Positions 1 to 12,602 of a DNA stretch of 64,000 bases are shown piece by piece. The position numbers were made by a program, and so were the translations under genes. Source of the DNA: Octopus vulgaris (Eukaryota); assembly GCA_951406725.2 (NCBI GenBank), contig OX597818.1:5332001-5396000 (forward strand). Reading direction: 5' to 3'. Within the stretch, counting starts at the first letter, position 1. The number at the start of each line of letters is the position of its first letter. The notes under the pieces are model-generated. The model was given only the letters and a program-made list of their open reading frames with translations. It was not told where the DNA came from and searched no databases.

Positions 1-589
1 TACTTGAGCTGTTGCACCTTATATGATTTACTTCGTAAATTATTCGGCTCGTGCTCTCTTTGCTATCTGGAGTCATTCTGTTTATTCTTTTCGTATTACA
101 AAGTTCATCCGCTGTATTTTTGCTTCATAATACAAAACTAAATTCTAATGATCAAGTAAATTTTCTCTTTTTCTTCATTGGTAAATCTAATCAGTAAACA
201 TGATATTGAATGTGTCATCAATATATATTTAATATGCTTTATGCACTTGTATACACATTTATTCCATTATTAAAAATTCTTCTTCATACATTCCACTATA
301 TTCTGTTCTACTTTTCTATATTTCAACTGTAGACAATTTACATGTATTCTATGTATTCAACTGTAGCCATCTTACTTATTACCCTGCACGCGTGTATTCC
401 TTACTTCAAGCAAAAAAACAATAACAACAAAGCAAAACAAAAAACAAGGATAATAAAAAATTACAAATTGAAAATTTAGAAGGACTAGGTGTACTAGTGC
501 TTTCTGATGTCTATACCAGAAATTTTGTTATTCAAGGACGTTTGCAGTGGAAGTGAATAACAATGAATAAAAATACGAACATTTGTAAA

Positions 590-772
590 TCCGGTGAGCT
601 GTCAGAATTGTTAGCACTCTGGACGAAATGCTTAGTTCAAATTCTAAGTTCAAATTTCGCTGAGGTCGACTTTGCCTTTCTTCCTTACGGTGTCGAAACG
701 CTGGGGCCGATGTAATCGAGTAGTTCCCCCCAATCAAGTTTCAGGCCTTGTGCCTTTAGTAGAAAGGATTAT
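590..772 (+). mobile_element. tRNA-derived SINE, family 1 (degenerate copy)
   Basis: Head ggtgagctgtcagaattgttagcac...gttcaaat, core gaggtcgactttgcctttc, tail ggccttgtgcctttagtagaaaggatt. The same blocks recur at 12603, 32219, 46452 and elsewhere in the window. Confidence 0.8.
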
Positions 773-2029
773 GTATATTTGTAACTTTCATATATCAAAT
801 ATGCTGTATATGACTAGCGTTTGGATAAACTAAACGTGCTGTTCCTTGAAAACCTTTAAGGAACTGTATGAAACTTTTTGTAAGATCATATACTCATGTG
901 TAAATATGTATATATACAAATACATGAACAAAATTTGTGATATTAGGTATAGTGTAACATAATATTGAATAATGAGTGCTTTATTGAAATATTGCAAGTA
1001 ATCAAACCTCTATAATATTTGGGGACTGATAAATATAACTCTCTTATTTTCCTGTTATTTTTTCTTTTTTTGTATTTTTATTTACCGCCTCATATTCTCA
1101 TTAACAACTTTCATTATGTATATTTTGCAGGAATACCGGCAAATGGAAAAGTCGAGCATACATATATACAAACCAAAATGTAATTATTACCAAAACTACT
1201 CACTGTCATTATTGACGGTTCGGATATTCTAGTTATTAAATAAGCTGCCAGATGTCGTTCATGTCATAGCTGTGGGGAACATAACTTTCTTGCAGGTGTT
1301 TACTCAGATTGACATTCGGTGAATGATGCTGGCTTTCAATTATATCAGTTTGGATGTTTTGGATTTGCTTAATCCCAGCAACAGTCCCCTGCATCTCTAC
1401 ATTGTTGCATTTTCTGTATTTATATACAAAGAGCATCTTATAATAGATATAAAAATGATTTATATGATCATTCTAATATGCACACCCTTAACAACTGTCC
1501 GGTTTTTTTTTTACATTCGATAACAATATAATAACTGCATTAATGCAATGTATAAACTAATAAGCATTCCTATAGTAAACATGATTCTCCTCAATGTTGT
1601 TCGTCAATCGCTTCATTTTCTTTTTCATGCATTTCGAAAAACTAACAGGAATAATGAAATTATTTTGTATCATTTTATTACATGAACAGGAAAAAGAAAT
1701 GTAACAATGTGATATACGGAAGTTCTCCATCGCTGCTTCGCCAACAATACCACTGCTGATAAAACTGTCATTTTTCCATTTTGCTACTGTTAGATAATGT
1801 TTAGAAAGTCTCTCGTGTGATAAACATAGTTACACACATATCCAGTGTATTTTCGGATACATTCATGCATATTTGTAAATAGATATATGTGCACGTATGT
1901 GCATGCATGCAATTAAGCATGTATTGCAATAACAGCTCCAAACATAATATGAGAAGAACAAAAGCAAAAAACACATTATTATTAAAACTATTACTATATT
2001 AATTTACAGGAGTGAATTCTTTAGGTTTC

Positions 2030-2460
2030 GTGACTAGTTTCCTGAAATCTCAAGAATCTTTCTTAAGATTCCTGTAGAATATAGAATCGTACTTTTTGCA
2101 AGTCAACATTGCAAGTCTGAATTCCAGTACACTCCAGCCTCTTAGGAAACACTTTGGATGTTGTGCCAAGTGTACCAATTACCACAGAGATAGCTGTTAA
2201 TGTAGACTTCCACAATTTCTTTATCTTCTGGTTAAGTCTTCATATTTACCAATTTTCTGAATTTTTTTGGTATCTACACAAATAAATTATACTATTACAA
2301 ATCTATGATCTTATATTTTTTCATTTATTTTCTACTATCGTCGTTTTTGAACTTTGTCAGTCAGAATGTGGAATTCCCATAAAATCCAGTAATTCTATCA
2401 CAATGTTGGCGTTCGTACGACTTTTCTGACACCTTGAATCCACACACTCGGCTCAAAAGT
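2030..2460 (-). mobile_element. 3' fragment of an RLE (R4/Dong-like) LINE, decayed
   Basis: Minus-strand translation fragments KIGKYEDL...LWK...AISVVIGTLG...DLQK match the RLE C-terminal motifs of the 40814-42232 ORF. Confidence 0.65.
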
Positions 2461-2569
2461 CTTTCATCTATGTCTTGCACTCTACTAACAATCAGTTATA
2501 TCTGCCCTTATAATCTTTGTGTTGGCTTACAACATTCAGGGATGGTTACTACTTTTTACGACAGATATC

Positions 2570-2780
2570 TTCTATCTTTTACTTGTTTCAGTCATTTATC
2601 GGAGGCCATACTGCAGCACGACCTTGAATGGTGCTTAGTCGACCAAAGTCTAGGGCTTACGTTTTCTAAGTCCAGTACGTATTCTATCGTTCTCTTTTAC
2701 TAAGCCGCTAAGTTGTGGAGGCATAAATACACCAACACTGGTTGTAAAGCGGTGATTAAGGACAAACAAAGACACAAAGA
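2570..2780 (-). mobile_element. SINE-like repeat, minus orientation
   Basis: tcttttacttgtttcagtcatt...ggccatactgcagcac is approximately the reverse complement of the repeat tail at about 9270-9325 (ccagcatggccgcagtcaaaatgattgaaacaagtaaaag). Confidence 0.6.
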
Positions 2781-3249
2781 CACACACATACATCCATACG
2801 ATATAAATTCAAAAAGTAATCCCTCTTAATGGTACTATAAATTGATTTAAAATGACAAAATGCACAGACCTCCATGATCTCAGAAAAAGGAGAAGTATAA
2901 TACCCCCAAAATGGTGTTTTGTCAACGAATTATCAAATATTTAACCACATTCAAATAATTGCACACTCGGAGCTTATTATAGATCGGCTGCTTGGGAAAA
3001 TTGTCTTATTGGTGATGACCAATAAGACAAAATTATGGCAGATGCTCATGTGAGTTATTACTGAGACGATAATCGCTTACCTCATATATATATTTGTTTT
3101 TGAAACCACATACCAACGAAGAAATCTTCTCTCAATCACAAACACCAAAATCATCAGCCTTTTTAATGATGTATGTAGTTTAAGTACGGAAAACATATGT
3201 CTAGACACGCGCGCGCACACACACACATAAGTACACACGTGCACGTCGG

Positions 3250-3850
3250 GGTTTTTTCTGTTTTCGTCATTTCGAACCCCTCATTGGTCTTAGCCACCAG
3301 ATCGGCCTTTGTATTGCGGACAGTGCGGTTGGGATTGCAATCAATGGAATTAAATGTCCAGAAATTGGGGCTGGTGAAGTAGAAATTTCCGAAAACCATT
3401 TCAGACATTTTTTTTCTGGAGTATGGCAAGGAACCGAATACTGATGCCACATATGTGGTTTTTCAGCAACTACCCTCTCCATCCATGGATTGACCACAAT
3501 CTCCAGCAGCTTTACATATCAGTCTGAACTGAGCGTAAAGCGCAGTTCGTAGATATTGGGGATGAATTCCGGCGTGTCGACGCGGTCAGAACAACTGCGT
3601 TGTCTCGGCTTCGTAGTCTCTGTTGCAGCCGTCCATGACAGGTGTTTCAGAATTTACATTGTTCAGAGGGCATTGAGCAATAGTCAGGATGTCGTCAGTT
3701 TGATAGCCGGTGCGAATCATCATTGCACAGGGTTTCCAATATTCAGATGGTTTCCATTCTTCCCTGTCAGCTACCTTTTTCCCAACTAAAACTTTCAACT
3801 TAATGCTGTTCTACGCTGTTGACTGTTCACCAATACAAACAGTTTGTGAA
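3250..3850 (-). mobile_element. Tc1/mariner-superfamily transposase remnant (frameshifted, internally deleted)
   Basis: Fragments YVKLLEIVVNPWMERV, KPHMWHQYSVPCHT (like QQDSAPCHT) and NFWTFNSIDCNP (like WPPNSPDxNP) occur in different frames. Confidence 0.7.
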
Positions 3851-4359
3851 CAAAAAGAAGACACACAGTTACGTAATATATAACTATTATGTCTATTTCA
3901 CGCGAGTCGAGTTGAAATCTCAACGTAAAAATCTATAGTTTTTGTGAATTATATATTCGTACAGAAAATGTTTCCAAAATGGAGAGATGTTACGAATAAA
4001 ACGAACTAATCTCGAGTAAATTTTATATAATAAATATGTAGGTTTCACTCATTTAGCTGCATTTTGCATTCCATTCTATTCGTTCCAATCACATGCTTTT
4101 GAACAGTAAAATTATTATGCACATCCTATTGTGCATCTAATGGTACAACAACAGAATTAAAGAAACCTAATGAATGCATACTCTAGTAAATTGCAATAAC
4201 AAAATATAACGAATCAAATTATTTTATATGACATGAGGAACAAAAGTATTCATGATTAACATTTTCTAGTAGAGAGAGGGAGAGAGAGCGAGAAAGAGAG
4301 ATAAAGAGAGAGGAGCTACATTTATTCAATGTGATATATACATGGGTGCATTTACTTAT

Positions 4360-4850
4360 ATATTGGATCATCATATAAATAATGCGGTTTTTTTTTACTT
4401 CTTAAGATAAATTTCTCTTTTTTCATCTAAAATATACTCTCCTTTATTTTCTACAATGCTCTTCCATCTATCTGGTAGATTTGCAAAGCCCCTCTTCCAA
4501 AATTCACTTGTACGTGACCTCCAGTACTGTTCTGACCTCGATTACAGAATTCATATTTGAATGATACCTTTTCCCATTCAAACTACTCCAGTCTTTGGAA
4601 TGTCATCCTCTCTGTATGTGGCCGAGCATTATCCTGCTGGAAGAACAGCTTTCGTCTTGAAACAAAATTCGTCGTTTTTCTTCTAGCGCAGGTGTCGACG
4701 AGAGATTGATAGGCTAAATCCAAGCCTCTCTGATAGTTACTCAACAGTTGCGATGTGATTTTGTTCCACCAGTGTTTGCAGGACGTCCTATTCGAGCTCT
4801 ACAGATCTTCCAGGGCGAGGCTCGTCTTCTAGGCTGTAGTTTCCGGCTAT
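4360..4850 (-). mobile_element. mariner transposase remnant
   Basis: Minus strand gives SLEDEPRPGRS (HTH linker), FFQQDNARPH (second catalytic Asp motif) and FWKRGFANLPDRWKSIVE (C-terminus). Confidence 0.8.
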
Positions 4851-5406
4851 ACAAATAATGCATAGTTGTCGTTAGAACAGCAGAAATACTGGGTAACTTA
4901 CTCTTATAAAGTAGAAAATTTGTCAACAACCAACCATGGGACTGGAACCCATATCCCTCAAAGATTTCTTCGCAAAATTAGACGCTAAATAGCTAAATGT
5001 ACAACTAAGTGTATAAATATATACGAACTAACATGTGTTTGTTTATAAACAGACACATACAGATACACACACATACACGCATGTTTGGTTTTCAGTTGCC
5101 GTCATCAACTCACCTCCGATGCTGTCCCGCAAGAAATCCGGCAGATAAACAAAATGCATACACTACGTAAATCATAAACTATATATTGAATAATATCCAA
5201 AAGATTTATTAAGGAATTCCTTATAACTAACAATTATGTATGATGCTACTGAAGTATAATGACGTGAAGTTTTGAATCATTGCCAGTGGTTGTTACTGTT
5301 TCTTCAGAGATCATGCTATTTATAGTTATTGTTTATTGAGCGTATTAGAAACTTGTGTGCAGTAACGTAATGATATTTGCTATTTTATTAGTTCGAAAAA
5401 TACTGG

Positions 5407-7383
5407 TTATAATTTAATCAGTATTGAGTTTTGATAAGGAAGATGAGTTTTACAATATTTCAGACGATATACCATGTGCTGGCATTTACCATGACAAGTC
5501 TCTGGAGACCGGTGCTCGCATTGTTGATTGATGGAGCAATCTTTATTAAAGGAGCATTGTTTATTTGTAAAACATTCTTTATCCATGGAGCATTCTTTAT
5601 TTACACAGCATTCTTTATCCATGGGGCATTCTTTGTTTACACAGCATTCTTTACCCATGGGGCATTCTTTGTTTACACAGCATTCTTTACCCATGGGGCA
5701 TTCTTTATTTACACAGCATTCTTTATCCATGGAGCATTCTTTATTTGCACAGCATTCTTTATCCATGGAGCATTCCTTATTTACACAGCATTCTTTATCC
5801 ATGGCGCATTCTTTATTTATACAAAATTCTTTATCTATGGTGCATTCTTTATTTACACAACATTCTTTATCCAAGGGGCATATTCTATTGATTGAACACT
5901 CTTTATTCTCGGGGCATTCTTTACTGACAAACGATGGACCCTTCTGCGCTTTCTGCGGAAACTGCTGTTGTTTAGCGCGTTTACTTTGCCCATTTATTTC
6001 AGGGACAACATTTTTTATGTTCTGTTCTCGTTCTTGCTTTTTCGTTTGCTTGGTAGATGTCTTCGGCTTGGGAAGTTGTTTCTCTATTTGTTTCACTTTA
6101 TATTCACGCTTGAGTAATCGCCCACCTTGCATCTTCTTTTTGTTTGATGTTACATTATTTTGTATATGATTGTTTGTCGTACGTTTTTGCTTCAGGTGTT
6201 TAGTTAGTTGTGGAGATTCATTTACTTGCCTTTTTTTATGACTGACATTCTCGGACTGTTGCTGAAGTTCTTGTTTCTTGGGTTTCTGTTGCTGCCCATT
6301 TTTCTTGTCGCTTTTCGTATTGCTTTTCTCCTGTCGAAGTTCGTCTGACTTTTGTTTCCGAATATTCGATGCTTGTGGTATATATTGCTCTTTTTCTTTT
6401 AATTTGCCCTCAGGTTTATTTTCCCGTCGTTGCTGCTCTTCAATCCCCTGTTTCTGTTCAGATATTTGTGTCTTAACTGGGCTTTTATCTTTATTCTTCA
6501 ATACAGACTTTTGTGTTTGTTGCACTGGCGTCTCCTCCCGCTTCTGATTTTGGTATGTATTTTCACTATATTTTTCGGGCTTTTTAGGGCGCTCATATGC
6601 ATAGTATTTATTATTTTCATTTCCAAATTGATTTTCGTCATAGTAGCTTGGATAGCAGTGTGGATATCGTTTATAATATTGCATATAGTAGTCACGATTA
6701 TGATCACAATAATAATGATGATAGTGGTGGTGATGATGTTCATGTTGGTGGTGGAATGGGCATGTTGTTTCACATTCCTGCAGATTATCACTTGTCTGAG
6801 AAAATGTCTCTGAGTCATCATATTGCTCACTACCATATGGATGCTGAAAACAACAATAACGACAACGATGATCCAGACAATTATAATGATTATATTCATG
6901 GCGAGATTTATTTTCGAGACATTCTTGTTTCTGAACATTAATATGCTTCTGAATATCTTTTTCTTGGTTTTCGTCTTCCCGCTGACATTGTTTTTCGGGA
7001 TAGGAAACATCGTCTTCTAATTCATCAGTGTAATATTCAGAAGCGGAACTAACGCTATTCTGAACGGATCGCTGCTTCCCAATCTGATTGCATCGATTTA
7101 TATTCTGAAGTGTATTGTAATCAAATTGCTTGTTCTGTAATTGTGACTGGTGATGACACTGATAACCATGGCATTTACGGCGATATCCCTCCTGAAGATA
7201 CAATCTAAGTATATATTCTTTATCATCTTCAACACATTCTAGTATATAATCGTCTGGACAGGAATTGTAATCACTGGTTATCATAAAGCTGTGGTAATTG
7301 CAGTGGCGATGGCCCCCTGTTAATAGGGTTTCCTGCAGATGGCAATTTCGGGGACAATAGACATTTCTTCTGGCTATATCTCT
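5407..7383 (-). CDS. Large terminal coding exon of an uncharacterised His/Cys/Tyr-rich, Lys/Gln-rich protein with C-terminal Cys hexapeptide repeats
   Basis: Open for 658 codons in AT-rich DNA and carries no TE motifs. A phase-0 acceptor (tattgtcattttttcag|AGAGAT) lies at 7383, the stop TAA at 5407-5409, and minus-strand AATAAA signals downstream (about 5332, 5385, 5205). Confidence 0.75.
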   Translation of the reverse strand, partial: RDIARRNVYCPRNCHLQETLLTGGHRHCNYHSFMITSDYNSCPDDYILECVEDDKEYILRLYLQEGYRRKCHGYQCHHQSQLQNKQFDYNTLQNINRCNQIGKQRSVQNSVSSASEYYTDELEDDVSYPEKQCQREDENQEKDIQKHINVQKQECLENKSRHEYNHYNCLDHRCRYCCFQHPYGSEQYDDSETFSQTSDNLQECETTCPFHHQHEHHHHHYHHYYCDHNRDYYMQYYKRYPHCYPSYYDENQFGNENNKYYAYERPKKPEKYSENTYQNQKREETPVQQTQKSVLKNKDKSPVKTQISEQKQGIEEQQRRENKPEGKLKEKEQYIPQASNIRKQKSDELRQEKSNTKSDKKNGQQQKPKKQELQQQSENVSHKKRQVNESPQLTKHLKQKRTTNNHIQNNVTSNKKKMQGGRLLKREYKVKQIEKQLPKPKTSTKQTKKQEREQNIKNVVPEINGQSKRAKQQQFPQKAQKGPSFVSKECPENKECSINRICPLDKECCVNKECTIDKEFCINKECAMDKECCVNKECSMDKECCANKECSMDKECCVNKECPMGKECCVNKECPMGKECCVNKECPMDKECCVNKECSMDKECFTNKQCSFNKDCSINQQCEHRSPETCHGKCQHMVYRLKYCKTHLPYQNSILIKL
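5512..5925 (-). repeat. Coding tandem repeat with 18-bp and 36-bp periods, 23 hexapeptides [N/D/G]KEC[C/S/P][V/M]
   Basis: Visible directly as gcattctttatttacaca / gcattctttatccatgg(a/g) units; translation runs [12 protein letters not shown] ... [12 protein letters not shown] ... NQQCEH. Confidence 0.95.
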
Positions 7384-7436
7384 CTGAAAAAATGACAATA
7401 GATATACAAACAATACGCATGCATGATTTTACAATG

Positions 7437-7508
<72 letters not shown>

Positions 7509-7551
7509 TGCATGTATGTATGTATGTATGTATGTATATATATATACATAC

Positions 7552-7586
<35 letters not shown>

Positions 7587-8830
7587 CAGGGGTTGGACGA
7601 GATAATGGAAACACCTTAAACTTTCAAACGAATTTATTATAATATGTGGTAGAACCGCCTTTGGCAGTAATTACAGCTTGAATTCTACGAGGTATGGACT
7701 CATAAAAAAGTTTGAATTGTTTCCAAAAGGACTTTTTGTCCATTCTCCAGCTAAAACAGTTTGCAGTTCTTGTAGTGATGATGGTGGAGGATATCAAATC
7801 CTTACTTATTTTCCTAAAATGCAACATAGATGTTCAATAATATTGAGATCTGTGAACAGTGGTGGCCAGATAAGATGTTCAACTTCTCTAGAATGTTCCT
7901 CGTGTCATTCAGTAACAACTTTAGCCGTGAGAAATGGTGCATTACCACACTGAAAGACTGCGCGTTCCCCCGGAAACACTTCCGAAACCATAGGATGAAT
8001 TTGATCAGATAAAATGCATAAATAATCTTGACTATAAATTCTGCCGTGAAGTGCAACCATTGCGCAGGCGGATTTCCAAGATATGCCCCCCCCCCCACAC
8101 AGACCATCACAGATCCTACCCCATGTTTAACTGTTGGAAGAAGCCAGTCTGGGTCAAATGCTTCTTTTGGCTGTCTTCACACGTATCCTCAGCCGGTGAT
8201 CGGAAACAAAGTAAAGAGTGACTTCTCCGAGAAAATAACATTCTTCCACTGCTCTAGGGACCAATTCTGTAGGTTTTTACTCCACTCTAAATGCTTTGCA
8301 ATGTTTGTTTCTGAAATTAATGGTTTTCTGATTGCAGCCCTCTCGTGAAATTCAGCTTTGTGCCTCTCCCAGCGAACATTTTTGTGGAAACTGGGTTCCC
8401 GAGGTAGTCATTAAGCTCTAAAGTCATTTTCGGAGCTGTAATTTTGTGATCCTTTCCAACAATTCGCGTGCCAGCCCGACGTTTCTTGTCTGAAAGTTTT
8501 GGTTTTCTTCCCGAGTTTTGTTTCGACGATGAGGTTTTTCCCTCTTTCTCAAAGGCTGTCAATACTTTCAAGACAGTACTTCTTCATACAGCAAACATTT
8601 CAGCTGTTTTCGTTACGCTAGCGTCTGTCATACGATCGCCAACAATTTGAGCTCTTTCAAAGTCCGATAGATCTGTCATTTTAGCGAATTTTAATTACCC
8701 TTTTCTGATAATATCTGAAAATAACCAGCAATTTTAGCAAAACATATTAAGCAACACAAATAGTAAATAAAAAAAAACAAAAATAAACAAGCTTTTGATG
8801 GTTTTATAAATATTTCAAGTTTATGATGCT
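7587..8830 (-). mobile_element. Tc1-family DNA transposon with pseudogenised transposase (about 7624-8679)
   Basis: TA followed by a TIR-like cagggttggacgagataatggaaacacc at 7587. Transposase fragments: [58 protein letters not shown]. Stops and frameshifts are present and the second TIR is not visible. Confidence 0.9.
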
Positions 8831-8836
8831 ACGATG

Positions 8837-8900
<64 letters not shown>

Positions 8901-8913
8901 ATATCTATCTATC

Positions 8914-8944
<31 letters not shown>

Positions 8945-8969
8945 CTACCTATCTATCTATCTATCTCTC

Positions 8970-9038
<69 letters not shown>

Positions 9039-9331
9039 TACGGTAGATAAACACAGTTAAATTTCTCACGTATATTTACTGGTCGAAAGGGATAAACAGC
9101 CCCCAGTTTAAAACATTCATTAATGTTACAATGTTATATCGCCTGAAGAAATGAATCCATGAAGATGATCTACCCGATGCCCACGGGCGCTATGGAATAC
9201 ACTGTAATCATCCTGAAAATACGGACTGTGGTCTTAAAAAGCATGAGTGCTATGGAAACGCAAGTTGGTGGTCCAGCATGGCCGCAGTCAAAATGATTGA
9301 AACAAGTAAAAGCAGAATAAAAGACCAAAAC

Positions 9332-9374
<43 letters not shown>

Positions 9375-9409
9375 GTGTGTGTGTTTGTGTGTGTGTATGA
9401 GTCTGTGTT

Positions 9410-9451
<42 letters not shown>

Positions 9452-9452
<1 letters not shown>

Positions 9453-10934
9453 TAGCATGATGACCCGTCGGTGCCGGGTCATAGTGCTAGTGCTTGTTTA
9501 TATATGTGTATGTATATGTGTACATATTACATGTACATCTATATATATATATACATCTACACATAAAATACAAAGTTATATCTTGATATAGCTAGTGATA
9601 ACAATACTCAAAATATATAACAGACTGGAATTCTAGGCCCGTCTCTTGTAATTTCGATCAATTTTATCGTGTTCTTCCTCTTGTATAGAAGTGTGGCTAC
9701 AATCCAGCCTACTTCTACTTCTGGGGGAAAATTTTTAAAATTTTTATCCGGGACGTTCTACGTCCCAGATCTAAAGGTAAAAGTAAAATATTTCCACTTT
9801 GCAAGGTTCAAGTCGAGTACTCCCTTGCACGCTCCGTTGACTCATCTTTCATAGTCGCACCAAGACACTTTTCGTTGGTGCTTTCATCCAGGTGTTCAAA
9901 TCTTTTTTTCCTCTACATTGTATACTTTATAGACAATAGTCTTTTCTTTTATTTAACTTTTTATTTCGTTTGGCTGTGTTATCCTAGATTCACCGTCTTT
10001 GTCGGTGATCAATAGGAAATAGCTTTGTATTTCTTCCATTTTAATTTTAATGAGTTCTCGCCTGCCGACGGCGGCAGCAAAGTTCATTTTTGGACTTTCT
10101 TCTATGGAAGGCATTCTAACAAAAATGCTTCCGTGTAAACGGTGAAAATATTGTCAATTTCCCCAAACAGGGAAACAATTCAATTTTTAAACAATAACCA
10201 AAGCTCCTTCACCCAAAGGGGGAGGACTACAGTTTACAATTATTTAACAAATGCAACACAACAACGTTTCCCTTACGAGGAACCAATAAAACGTGATAAC
10301 AATAGTTAAACAGCAATAATAATAACAACAAACCTTACGGTGAATCAAAAAGCAGTACGCAGTTGAAGCTATAGTCCTTTATGTATAAGAAATAAACCAA
10401 CAGCAGTAGAAGCGGCTGTTCGAGAAAACAGACATTACATACAGCCAAACTTCATATAGATAGTTAATGCTAGCTAATTAGCAGATAAACTAATGTAAAA
10501 GCCGTAGTAAATAGTATGTGCACAGCTCCATCTGGACTATTCCATTTCTGCACACTAATTTTATTTTTAATTTATTCTCATTCATGTGAAACCACTTATT
10601 CAAGTTCAAGTCATTGATGCAATTTTATACCAATTGCTATTTTTACTTTTCTTATGTTACGATTATATTATACTTTAGTTTGATTTTAATTATTACTTAC
10701 TACATATAATTCAATTGTTATTATTATCTCTAAATTTTATTGTTAAAGTGAAAGTATCTGACATAAAATAGGGAAATGTTTTTGTTTCATTTTTAACACG
10801 TAATACTGTAATTCATTTGCCCGCCCATGAAACTACATGGACCCTAAGTAAGGCATGTGTAAAATTTGAAGGAAATTGGTTGGGTAGTTCTCAAGTTTTA
10901 GGGAAACACACAGACAGACAGACACACATTCTCA

Positions 10935-10945
<11 letters not shown>
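9452..10945 (-). mobile_element. Probable non-autonomous Helitron-like element
   Basis: The minus-strand 5' end reads tatataaaactgagaatgtgtgtctgtctgtctg, typical of Lep1-like Helitrons. The other end has the hairpin atgacccg/cgggtcat bracketed by CTAG (9452-9491). The same architecture occurs at 34190-35400. Confidence 0.5.
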
Positions 10946-10969
<24 letters not shown>

Positions 10970-10983
10970 TATTATATAGAAGG

Positions 10984-11034
10984 AGCTTCTACAGGACTAG
11001 AACTGTTTCATTCAAGAGAAATCTTCAGGAAGCT
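10984..11034 (-). ncRNA. Type I hammerhead ribozyme motif (mirror copy in the palindrome)
   Basis: Exact reverse-complement copy of 11031-11081, a consequence of the palindrome. Confidence 0.75.
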
Positions 11035-11081
11035 TCCTGAAGATTTCTCTTGAATGAAACAGTTCTAGTCCTGTAGAAGCT
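11031..11081 (+). ncRNA. Type I hammerhead ribozyme motif
   Basis: Stem I agcttc(11031-36)/gaagct(11076-81); core CTGAAGA 11037-43; stem II t-ttc-tctt-gaa-t; GAAA 11056-59; stem III ACAG/CTGT with loop ttctagtc; GUA cleavage triplet ending at 11075. Confidence 0.8.
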
Positions 11082-11167
11082 CCTTCTATATAATAAATTA
11101 ATTTTACTCTGCTATGTATTGAGTACCTTATTTACTGTGGTTAACCCCGAATCAACCCGGGACCTAC

Positions 11168-11237
<70 letters not shown>

Positions 11238-11442
11238 TAGCTTAATAATCCTAACGCCGGGCTAAACTACTAGGGATTCTATAAGTTTCTAAGTTTAATA
11301 CAAATTATATTTCGAAATTAAATTAATGTCTGTATAAATGTTTTCGAAGATAAGTGAAAAAGATTTTATGAAAGATTTGAAATATCAGTAATTCTTTTTC
11401 TCTTCAGTGAATTCAACACACACATATATACGCACACACACA

Positions 11443-11496
<54 letters not shown>

Positions 11497-11529
11497 AACA
11501 CACGTGTGTCCATTTATGCATGTATGTAC

Positions 11530-11578
<49 letters not shown>

Positions 11579-11904
11579 TTAAACGCACAAATTATATATT
11601 CTTTCTTCGCTCGTTTATTATTGTTCTTATTTTATCTTATGTCCATCGTCTGTAAATCTTCTTCAGTGATCCTTTCCGTCCACGAGTATTCTGCTCCTCC
11701 TAAAAAATGGACTAGGCGGGGCAGGAGGATACACGTGGATAGAAAGTGTCACAGATGTGAGACAAAAGATTTTGAGGCATTGGATATAAGCTAAAATAGC
11801 AGTAATAAACGTGTGAAGAACGAATATATGATGCGTGTTTCTTTGGCAAAAAACGACCATCCTGAATAATAATAACAATAATAATAGTGATAATAATAAT
11901 AGTG

Positions 11905-11982
<78 letters not shown>

Positions 11983-11985
<3 letters not shown>

Positions 11986-12310
11986 GCATGAGCACAAACC
12001 GCAGAGAGTGGCGGCGTCGGAGATTAACAAAATCCTGTGGGTCTTCGCTAGCCAAACAGTTCAGGTGCAAGAGTATAACAGACCGGAAAAAGTGCACCAC
12101 ATGTGCTATACAGTTGATGTAGCATGCCCCTTTCGCTCGGGAATAGTCAAGAAGGAAGGTAAAACAATACATAAATATAACCCTCTTAAGTACGAAATAG
12201 ACCGGGTATGAAAAATGAAGGTGAAGATAGTGCCAATTATTGTTAGGTCCTTGGGGTCAGTATCAGAAGGCATGAAGAGGAACATAATGGAAGTTGGAAT
12301 AGAGTGTTCA
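11983..12310 (+). mobile_element. 5'-truncated RLE LINE fragment following an (AAT)n tract
   Basis: WHEHKPQRV...KILW...NRPE...VDVACPF...KYNPLKYEI...KIVPIIV are RLE domain motifs; the fragment starts directly after (AAT)n at about 11866-11982. Confidence 0.75.
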
Positions 12311-12602
12311 TTATGAATATAAATGAATTTATAATATGATATATTTTGTTAAAGTAAACCATAATAATATTTTATTATGTTTATATTATTATTTCATTTA
12401 TATATTCATACTGATATCAATATGTATATTCATAAAATATATATTGAATATATTGAGTAATGAAATAAGTATAATCAAATGTTTAAATGTCGTATCATAA
12501 ATTTCCAATGTTTGAATTAATATATTTTTATCCTGCGAACGGTTTATTTGACCCTGCATTTCAGTTGGTATGGACAGTTTCCTACTTCAAGATAAATTAT
12601 TT

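Larger units (their letters stand above)
10969..11096. repeat. Perfect 128-bp palindrome (64-bp arms, no spacer) in a (TA)n-flanked insert of about 200 bp
   Basis: Checked base by base: centre ggaag|cttcc between 11032 and 11033; arms 10969-11032 and 11033-11096 are exact reverse complements. Confidence 0.97.

Noticed and set aside
5431-6169. Plus-strand ORFs of 154 and 213 aa over the Cys repeat
   Set aside because: These are antisense shadows of an 18/36-bp coding repeat that happens to lack stops; there is no independent support.
7384-7413. ORF-track N-terminus [10 protein letters not shown] of the 668-aa ORF
   Set aside because: This stretch is the polypyrimidine tract and cag acceptor of an intron, and its start codon is not ATG.
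8760-8840. Second TIR of the Tc1 element
   Set aside because: The expected ...gtccaacccctg-TA is not present; the sequence runs into (CTAT)n, so the end coordinate is approximate.
9140-9235. CTGAAGA in a (TA)n-flanked insert
   Set aside because: No properly spaced GAAA with stems I and III could be formed.
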